A stretch of DNA of 64,000 bases. Origin: Paramecium tetraurelia (lineage: Eukaryota). Both the position numbers and the translations under genes were made by a program. The DNA lies in contig CT868066.1 of assembly GCA_000165425.1 (NCBI GenBank), positions 1 to 64,000 on the forward strand. Reading direction: 5' to 3'. The notes under the pieces were generated by a model. That model was not told the DNA's origin, did no database searches, and saw only the letters and a program-made list of their open reading frames with translations. This document shows, one piece after another, positions 54,836 to 64,000 of this stretch. The first letter of the stretch is position 1. Each line of letters starts with the position of its first letter.

Positions 54836-56733
54836 TCACCAGCAGGATGCCTCCTTTAATTATTCAATGGCTTCATCTACGTAGGAGTTGAACTGTTCTT
54901 CTTCTTTAAACATCTCAATGATTTCTTCAATTGAGTAATTTGTGGGATCTGACAAAATTTCACTTATTCTCTTCCAATGTGCCTCTGTGTCAGTACTAAG
55001 TCTTGCCTTAATTCTGTAATAGAGCATTTGTCTGAAAATATAGTTAAATTATATTACTAAATTTATCTGAGTTATTCTTCTTAAGGTTTGGCTTTGAAAG
55101 TCTCTACATTAGCCAACAAATCTAATAAATCTTATCTCTTATTGAAGACGATGGCTTGAGGAGGAGCTTGCTATTGAGCTTCTGGCTATTAAACAGGAGG
55201 AGGGATGTTAGGTCTGAAATGTTGAGGGAATCCTGGCATTTGTTAAGGGAAAGGTCTTCTCATTCCTCCAGGACCCTACATTCTCTATTGCATTTGGTAG
55301 GGAGGAAAAGGCATTCTCTAACCAAATGGAGCAGGACCCTAAGGCATAGAATACATTCTTCTGTTGGGTGATTGTCTTTAATTGTTTCTTCTTTATCCTC
55401 TTGATTAGGATTATTGGGGGAAGAGATGTTAGAAGTATTTGCCACCAGCAGTTTCGACACTTGGATCGAAGAGTTTCTTGATTTCTTCAAACTTTTCGTT
55501 TTCCTTGAAATTCTTAACCAATTTGTTGGCATCAGAAGCCTAATCGAAGACTATGTATCCAATTCTGATGATCTATTGGAATCCTTATTGCATTTTCTCC
55601 AGTCTAATCTAAAATGATAGTGTCATAGGGATACCATTTGAATATCACCATATCCACATTCTTTGAGAGTAGTTCTGATCATTTCTTCAGTGACATTTCT
55701 TGAGAGATGATCAGCATAGATATATTTAGCAAAGATGTTATTGTCTCTTTACTGTTTTCTATCTGTCTTGGTCTAAGCCCATCCAACATACATCATTCTA
55801 CCGGTGCTCAAGGGATCTCTCTTTTGAGTTGTACCAAGTTCTCTTTAGGCCTCCTTGGCATCTTGATGTCTATTGAAACTAACGAATGCAAATGGTGCTT
55901 TTCTTTCAACATCAATTTTGACTAGGATTGAAACAATTTATCCATAACCCTTGAACCACTCATTTAATTTCTCTCTCATTTCTTTTTCCTAGAATGATGA
56001 ACATTAATTATACTAAGGATTCGCGAACTTCTGCGTTTTCTAAATCATAATTATCGAGTGTTGGCCAGAAGTTCTTGATATAGAGATTGTTTCGCTTATC
56101 CTCTCTGTCTGTTTGGCCTTTCTTAACAAATCTCTTGATTATGATCTTAGTGTTTTCGTTGTATACGATTGTGCCATCTGTACTCTCAGCCAACAATTCA
56201 TTGGCTTATTCCTTCTTCTCAAATTACACCCATCCATAACCTTAAATTGAATTTCACATTGTACCTCGACTTTTCTTATTCTCATCAGTAGACAACTTCA
56301 CACTGACAACTTGCCCCCATTTTAAGAAGAATTCTTCAAGTTGCTTTAATGTTACAGTCAATTCGAAGCCTGCAAAGAATAAATTAGCATCCTTCTCGTA
56401 TTCTTAGATGTAAGTGATACGCATTGGCTCTCTTAAGAGCTATTTGTAATTCATCGCTTCCTTTGCTTTACGAGCCTCTTCTTGAGACGAGAAATATATG
56501 AAAGCATAGTGCTTAGACTTTCCGATAAAAGGATATCTATTTTAGGAATTCATATGCATACCTATGCAATTTTACGAAGCTAATTTATCCAAACTTTCTA
56601 AATTCCACATATAATTACTCCTCTGTTATACCTTCCTCCAAATCGGAAACATGAAGTCCGTTTTATGATGGTCTGTTTTGATCCTAATATGGTGCGTACC
56701 TTAACACTAATACAATAACTCAAACTCTTTACT
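54836..56733 (-). CDS. Polyadenylate-binding protein-like (4 RRMs, P/Q/M-rich linker, divergent PABC domain)
   Basis: GLHVSDL..HYAFIYF; ANLFFAGF..GYGWCQF; NNLYIKNF..APFAFVSF; NNIFAKY..GYIVFD; C-terminal RQMLYYRIQARL...FNSYVDEAIEQL. The ATG is split by a 26-nt intron. Confidence 0.85.
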
Positions 56734-56814
56734 TTGAATCCGATTTAATAAATAAGATTTAAAATTTCTTTAATTTTTTCTTTATGCTATTCCCGCTTTG
56801 CAGAAGTTTTATTT

Positions 56815-57460
56815 ATGCTCAACGACAAGGACTTAAATTTAAATAAGAAGTCCCCATCCAAATTTCGAACAATATCCTCATAGATCCAGATGGTCATCAA
56901 TACTAGATTTAAACTCAGCAAACAGACATCCAAGGTACTCCTATCCATCACATCAATTTAAGGCATTGCATCCCAATTTGAAACCTAACTCAACGACAAG
57001 GATGAAGTACTACTCTACATCAAAGAACTAAACTGCAATGGATAAAACATCAAGACAAACATCGCAATCAATATGAAACAATAAATTCAAAAGTCAACAG
57101 AATCTGCTATTCTATACAAACAAATTAAAAAGAAGATCAAAAAATTCAACCAAGTTTTTCAAAAATCAGGCTAAAAACAGTTACTAACCAAAGAAATCAT
57201 CCAACATGGGTTAAAAAAGGATCAAGAACAAGTACCTCGCAAAAACTCAGAATCCTTAACCATCACCAACAACGATATCAGCTACATCAAATATCTTGAA
57301 TCATTGAGCAATGGCATAAGCAAGAGTAATTTATTATTAATATCATCTCTTAGAATACGTGATTGAGTTTTTCAAAAAATAGAAAATCAGAAGTGAGAAG
57401 TTCATTAATATAATGTACCCATCACTTCAGATTGAGTAAGAACTATTTGAATTTTAATGA
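56815..57460 (+). CDS. Hypothetical protein (~205 aa, one intron)
   Basis: Open frame MLNDKDLNLNKKSPSKFRTISSQIQMVINTRFKL... through a 28-nt intron to ...QIEQELFEFQ*. Confidence 0.65.
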
Positions 57461-57689
57461 TTTCACAATATCATCGTTAGAATTTAATCATGAACCATTT
57501 CTTCATTCAATTTATTCAAATCCTCATCCAACCCTGAGTTTATCTCATTTAAAGATCTCCCACCCATCTCTTAATAACATGTTTCATCATCTCAATCCAA
57601 TCCTCCTTATACTCAATTCATTAAACTTACAATCAAGAAATTACCTTCATAAATTTAATTAATAAAGATTGTTAAGTAACATAAATCAA

Positions 57690-58201
57690 TAAATTTTTAA
57701 TAAATCCTAAATCCATTAAATTGATGGACAAGCCTTCCTTTCTATGCGAACAGGTTCCTCTGCATCTTTCTTTAAGCTATTCTAATCATCACTAAGCGTC
57801 TCTCTTGTTGCCACACTTCTTAACTCTGATTTCTAAGGGGGGTTTTCTATATCAACTCTTCCTGGCTTTATCTAATTCTCAGGGTAATTCAATTTCACAA
57901 AGGGATAGAGTATGAAATCCAAGAATATATTAGATATTTTCAAAATTGTTAATCCTATTAGGAATGCATTCACTCCTTACTAATAAAATAGAAAATGTTT
58001 ATTTACACTAACACATTCGGCTACGAAAGTACAACAGACAAAGAGTTCACAAAAGATGTAAAATCCTATAATGAGATGCACTTCATCAGCCAATCTTTTC
58101 TATGGGTTCAGTTGACACACTATACACAATATCAATGTAATCATCTCAATTACACTTGAACCTAAAATCGAAATGGATCTGTTTAAGTTAAACTTATCCA
58201 T
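57690..58201 (-). CDS. Hypothetical small multi-pass membrane protein (3' end uncertain)
   Basis: MDKFNLNRSISILGSSVIEMITLILCIVCQL...VHLIIGFYIFCELFVCCTFVAEC, with about three hydrophobic segments. Confidence 0.45.
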
Positions 58202-58241
58202 ATAATAACTAAATCTTACGAAAATTATTACTATATATAAA

Positions 58242-58696
58242 ATGACATCAGATCCAAACAAATTGCAATTAAGTATACCTGAACCTGTAGGACTATTCCA
58301 ATTAACTTATTTGGGAGAATAACCAAAGAAAATATCATTTCTATGGAGAAAAATTCTAATATAAATAGCACCAAACAGTTTTCCCTTCTAAAATTCTCTA
58401 CCAATAAGTAAACTTATATCGCAACGAACAAACAGACAAAGCATAATATGTAAATTTTTCTCACTTTATGCTTAGGTCTTGCAAACACTAACCCTAAGAC
58501 TATCAAACCGACTAAAAGTTGTAAGCCTGATAGAAAATAGGAGGCCAATTCTTCAGATTAACTTATTTTAATGAAATTCTTACTTTTCTACACTGAGTAT
58601 ATAATAAACAAAGCAAAACAAAGTTGTGAATACATGAAACTGAGGAATTGCCAAAAAACAGAGAGATTACATCTTTGTTCAAAAAATAAATATTGA
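58242..58696 (+). CDS. Hypothetical protein (~142 aa, one intron)
   Basis: Frame MTSDPNKLQLSIPEPVGLF... stays open across a 26-nt intron to ...LHLCSKNKY*. Confidence 0.45.
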
Positions 58697-58881
58697 TAAA
58701 CTTTATCGTTTTAATGTATAAAAATAATTAATCTTATACTAAAAATAATTAAATTTAGAGATTATAAAATTATTTTAAAATAAATTAATTTTAGTAAATT
58801 AAATGTCAATTATTATAGAATGTAATTTTCTTACATTCTTCTAAGAGACTTATTCTTTAAATTTTATAAATTATATATTTA

Positions 58882-60921
58882 TCATGTTCTTAATTTCAAA
58901 AACATTCTCTTGATCATTCTCGCTTCGTAAGAGACTGTATGCTTCTCATCCATCTACTCAAGAGGGTTGATCACCTTACATAAGAGATATAGCTATTACA
59001 GATGGAATTGCTTTGCCACAGGAATCAGAGGCATCCAGGAAGTCCAATATTTCGCTGTAAGATGTGTCTTTGAGTATGATCATGTGTTTAGCCAGAACTT
59101 CAATGAGTGCAAGGAAACATCGCTTTGCATAATACCATGTGTCTGTATTAATCTAATTGTAATATTTCGATGTATGTATCTTACTTTTTTGTTGTAAGGT
59201 TCTAAGGACTTGATAACTCTGGATACACCAAATTCGTAATTGTTTTTTGAGCAATACAATGTTCCTATGACCAAGTTTACAATGCAAAGATGATAAACAG
59301 GTTTGTCAGGTTCTTAATATTGTGATTTTTATTCTTCAGCTTCTAATTTTCGCATCAATTCTTCTGCATCCTCATTCTAATTGACCATAATGTAACTGAC
59401 ACATAAATTGGCTATGACAATGGCTGTCAATGACAATAGATTATCATTGTTTTTCTTAACAATTGGTTCATAATATCTTATGGCTTCTTTATATTTATTA
59501 TCTTAGACATAGAAAACGTGGGCAACATTCAATTTCCAAACATCATGATCTGCACAAAATTCGGCTGATTATCGAAATAGCTTTTCAACTTGTTAATAAT
59601 TGTCCTTATCCCAATAGATTTTAGCTTAGGCCATCAAGACAGGAATATACTTCTCAAGACATTCATCAAAATCTTTCAATGATTTCTTGATACCCTCATT
59701 ATCTCTGTTGAGTCGAGAATCTTAAATTGATTTTGTAATTCTCCTTAATGTGTCAATATGTTTATTGGCCAAGATTTAGAATTTTCGAAATGATTCTTCT
59801 GGACTGCTGGCTGTTAAAATGAGAGCATCAACAAATTCGAAATCGTCTTGACTTATTGTGTTAAATGTGAGATCAGCATTTTCTGCCAAGATATCTGCAG
59901 CCATATCAAAGTATCCGTATTTGCAATATAAGAGCAATAGATTTGAAAAGGTCTCAGGGGGGAATGGAGGATTCTATAATAAATGATTCAACTTCTTGAA
60001 TCCTTCAGCTGTTTTCTCTTCTATATTCATCAATGCTTAATTCATCAAGGAGACTGGGTCTAGTTCGTCCTCTTCTCTTGGAGGCATATCAATAAGTGCT
60101 TCTTTGGCAGCAGAATAATTTTTGATTGTATATTCTATAGCTGCTTTCAAATTAAAAGCCTCAATCAGGGCTGACTCTTTTAATGCCTATGAATTTCCAA
60201 CGCTTTTAACTTCAATTCCTTCAGCATTTGATCCCACTCCCAATTGAGGGTGTTCTCTGACTCCCCTTTCGATGATTTCTGCAATAAATTTCAATGACTA
60301 TGCCAGTTATTTTTATTTATAATAGCAAAGTGCAATGTTATATGAGAGTTCGCAAGAATACCCTGTTAAATTCATGGCATCTTGAAATCTCTATCTAGCC
60401 TCTTCAAATTTGTTCTCCTTGAATAGGATGCAGGCCTCATTTATTATTGAATCAGGGTCGTCCATATCATTTTATTTGAGTAAGGTTTTGGCATGTTGAA
60501 ACTCATTCTTCTCATATCGAATCAAGGCTTGCAATTATACGATTTTGCCTTAATATTGAGGGTTTTCAACGGAAGCACAAATTTTGAGAGCTTCATCATA
60601 AAGACCTATATTTGAAATAATTGATTACTATCTTTGTAATAGGATTGAGCTAAATAGATTTTGTAATCATCAATTTCTGGATAGTACTTGACTAATTGTT
60701 CATAACTAGATTAGATGGTATGGTATGTACATAGCCACTGCTTGAGAAAAATCTTGATTCATATAATGACAATATGCCAAAAGTGAAAGAGCTCTGCTTT
60801 TGGGACAAAATTGTAATTCGTAGTTCAAATAATTGATGGCGTCTTTGTATTTCTAGTCTTTGATTAAGGTGTATATAGTTCTAGTTCGCTATCCTTCTAC
60901 AATAGGTTGGACTGGTTGCAT
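58882..60921 (-). CDS. IFT70: Intraflagellar transport protein IFT70 (TTC30/fleer/DYF-1)
   Basis: MQPVQPIVEGQRTRTIYTLIKDQKY..RALSLLAYCHY; IIEKGVREHPQLGVGS; DMPPREEDELDPVSLMN; NPPFPPETFSNLLLLYCKY; HLCIVNLVIGTLYCSKNNYEFGVSRVIKSLEPYNKKLDTDTWYYAKRCFL. Confidence 0.97.
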
Positions 60922-61116
60922 TTATATTTGAAATGAATATATATATATATAAATAAATATAAATTGTAATGACTAATTCACAAGTAAAATTATTTGATTT
61001 GATGAAAGTACTGGTGTTTAATTAAACAGAACAATCATGAATTTAGATTGCATTGTTGATATTTTCTTCATTAAAATTAATTTTTCCCAATCAGATTAAA
61101 CAATCAAAATTTGGAA

Positions 61117-61650
61117 ATGCATCGAAAATTAAATACTATTCCCCCTCTAAACCTCCTAACGTATGAACCCTATAATGACCATCATCAAATCACTGGCATT
61201 TAGAGCGAAGCCACTTCTCCTAATTATTCATTGGAGACTCCAGTTATCACTAACAAACACAAATTCAGAAAGAATTCACATTAACACCTCCCAACTGTTT
61301 AGTAATCCTCCCCATACATCAAGTTACCCATGATTGAAGAGAAGTTTCTTACTCCAAGACAACAACAAATAAATTTAATGCCAGATCTGACCTTCAAAGA
61401 TTTATTTAAGAATCCAATATATTATGAAAAGAATGGTTTGAGTCCAAAAGGGAGCGAGGAGATACTCAAGAAGTTGAGAATGAGACACAAAAGAGTGGAC
61501 TTCTCAAAAATGGTGGACATTGTAGATGAAACGACAAATTCCATAATTAAGGAATCCTTGAATGATCACAAAGAACATAGACGATTAAGCAGAAAAAATA
61601 CTCGGAGATTCCATCTAAGTAATCCTACCTAACTTACAGAATTTGAATGA
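61117..61650 (+). CDS. Hypothetical basic disordered protein with RVxF-like motif (177 aa)
   Basis: Intronless open frame; contains RHKRVDFSKMVDIVD. Confidence 0.7.
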
Positions 61651-61688
61651 TTTCTATTATCATATCTCAATTAATTTTTATAAGAGAA

Positions 61689-62243
61689 ATGCATCCATAT
61701 CTCAAGCCAGCAAGATCATTGCATCTCGCCTCTCAAAAAGATGAATTAAAATCTAAATCTAATTAAAGAGACATTGATTTCGACCCAGCAAGTTTCCTAA
61801 ATAACTTCGATGCACTCCCAGATTACAATTTGAGGTTCAAATCTGAAAGCATTTCTCTTTTGACCAAATAGACTGAATAAAAAAGAGAAATGCAAAAAAC
61901 TCAACATACCAAATTTTTAGTGCTCCCCAAAATAAATTCCAAGTTTGTTCGAGATAATGCTGTTGAAGATGTTTACTTCTTCCCCGAAACCAAATAAAAA
62001 TACTAACACTAGAGCAGAATACTCCACTCAAATACTGTGCTATAACCCTCCTCCATTGATAAGTCTAGCAAATCCTTCAAGGATCTTGAATAACTATAAG
62101 CCAAAAAAAAAAAAGTAGAATTCAATACTGCCTTGGAAATTGTGGATATCGAAGGAAGGGTTAGTACTGAAATTATTCATCCCGAATAGTAAACCATGCC
62201 AAGACAGAAAAGATTCTCGAGACTCAAAACACTGGAATGCTGA
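61689..62243 (+). CDS. Hypothetical basic disordered protein with RVxF-like motif (184 aa)
   Basis: Intronless open frame; contains KKKKVEFNTALEIVD. Confidence 0.7.
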
Positions 62244-62386
62244 AATTTAGATATAATTGGTTTTACTTATCATTTAATCAATTATTTTTTTTGCTTGTTT
62301 AATAACCCAAAATCAATATCGCAATTCATAAGTTGCATATATAAAATCAAAAAGATAGAAAATATATATTTATTCAATGAAAGAAA

Positions 62387-63871
62387 TCAATATTCATTTT
62401 TTAAATATTTCATCTCCAATGGTTCTTTGTCCTTTTAAGATTAAAACACAAACCTTAACGAATCACTGACTGGAAACACCAAAAGCTACTGTTCAACCTA
62501 AACTAAATATAGATTCATTTTGTATTCCTCTAAAAATACTTTATGATCTACTCCCTCTGTTTGAATGCATATCGTATCCCAATCAAGTATTTCAATCTTA
62601 AGAAATATCTTCTTAATTTTACTCGTTTAGATTTTTATGAAGATATTAAAGATACATACCATAAAACTCACTATTTTTTTACTGTATGTTTTTATAAGAA
62701 ACGACTTATAATTCTCACCTTGGATAGGTAACAATTTTAGGTCCAAAAAACTGTAATAAGTTGACAATCTTTTAAGTAGAATGTACATGTTTACTAGCCC
62801 AATTTGTTCGTTATTGATGGAAAATATTGTGTACATTCCTAATTTGAAAAATTTGTTGGTAATATGATTGGAACGAGAGGAAATAGATCTTAATAATTAC
62901 TTTTTGATTAAATTATTTGATATTGATTATTTCTCTTTATGCTTATATTCTTCTAAAATAATTAAACATTTAAATCTTTCGACATTTAGGTTACATATTC
63001 TAATGGAATAATGCTTCAGATTGTTGCTATACCAAACTTCTTCGTTATTCTTTCCCTATATTTGCTCCTTATGTATATAATCGTCGAGTAATTTTTACTC
63101 TAATGTCTTCTTGTCCCTTATACAAAATCGTAAGAATGACCTCAAATTGCATCCTTCACAAAAATTGGGATCGTATGAAGGGAACATCTCTATCTGATTA
63201 CTCAAAATGGATCTAAACTGCTTTGTAAAATTTTCTAGAGTGAATTTGAAAAATGGTTTTTAGATGATATTTGGAAGCTACTGTTACCAGATTTGATCTT
63301 TTAAAAAGAGAGTAAATTGCTATCTACTCCATTCTTTAAAGAAATACATAACTATCATTTTAATGGACGCACATAAAATGTTATTGACAATTTAAAATAT
63401 GTTGACGCGAGTACCTATGAAATATTCCATAAAAATGTTGTTAGCCGATTAAAGTACTATTTAGAAACAACCAACATCGAAAACCTACAATATATGTAAG
63501 TGATATTCTAAGTCTGTAAGTGTAATTAGATCGGTAATTTTATCATCATCATGGCCCATATGTGAATATAGGTGTTACAACTTTGAAGAAATCAAGATAA
63601 GATTTTCAAAGAATATAGCTTCTTTTCCGAATTGTGGATATTTGCAGAGAAAAATTAAAGTAAATGCTATCAAGACGATATTGATTAATTTCCAGGCAAG
63701 TCCAGTTTCTAATGAACAGTATAGCCATTCTGAAATGAACTAAAGAACACAAATTACTAAAAAGATAGTTAAAAAGTAGTAATTTGATTTAGTTCTATAC
63801 ATTTCAAATTGGCTTTACTCATACTGTTTTTCCAGAGCGGGATCTTTGAACCTGAGGGTCAATCTATTCAT
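62387..63871 (-). CDS. Hypothetical multi-pass membrane protein with an N-terminus like ciliate sensor kinase/cyclase TM modules
   Basis: MNRLTLRFKDPALEKQYEQSQFEMYRTKSNYYFLTIFLVICVLQFISEWLY followed by several TM segments and a soluble C-terminal part with no catalytic motif that I could recognise. Confidence 0.6.
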
Positions 63872-64000
63872 TATATGTGATTTAAATAATCGAATGTAAT
63901 TGGAATACAGTAAATGATAAAAATTAATTTTATATAATTTTAACATATAACAAATTTCAATAATAAGTTGCTTTCTTTTTAGCCTGCTGTTGTGATGAAA

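Noticed and set aside
55156..55925. + strand ORFs overlapping the PABP gene
   Set aside because: Antisense to a well-supported RRM protein, with no independent features.

Overview
AT-rich ciliate nuclear DNA, almost certainly Paramecium (P. tetraurelia-like). Reading frames are open only if TAA/TAG = Gln and TGA is the sole stop, genes carry 20-34 nt GT-AG introns, and some intergenic spacers are under 50 bp. The supplied standard-code ORF track therefore fragments real genes and lists many antisense shadows. Bases 1 to ~14 kb are a gene-poor zone of decayed genes (B-box/coiled-coil/TPR pseudogenes, with two homologous 27-28 bp TA-bounded IES-like inserts) and contain a 150-N gap that looks spurious because its flanks overlap. 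From 14.4 kb on the window is gene-dense: a highly divergent PEP carboxylase with a mitochondrial-type presequence, a ~9 kb Cys-rich/beta-helix multi-pass membrane protein, a tRNA-Ala(UGC) with a non-canonical elbow, four small twin-Cys (CX12C) helical genes, a degenerate macrodomain gene, a RING protein, a P-type-ATPase/guanylyl cyclase fusion, a divergent importin alpha, a kinase-LRR, a GCN2-like kinase, Sec61-gamma, a PABP whose ATG is formed only by splicing, IFT70/TTC30 and several hypothetical genes. All translations and alignments were done by eye with no database search; boundaries of low-confidence genes are approximate.
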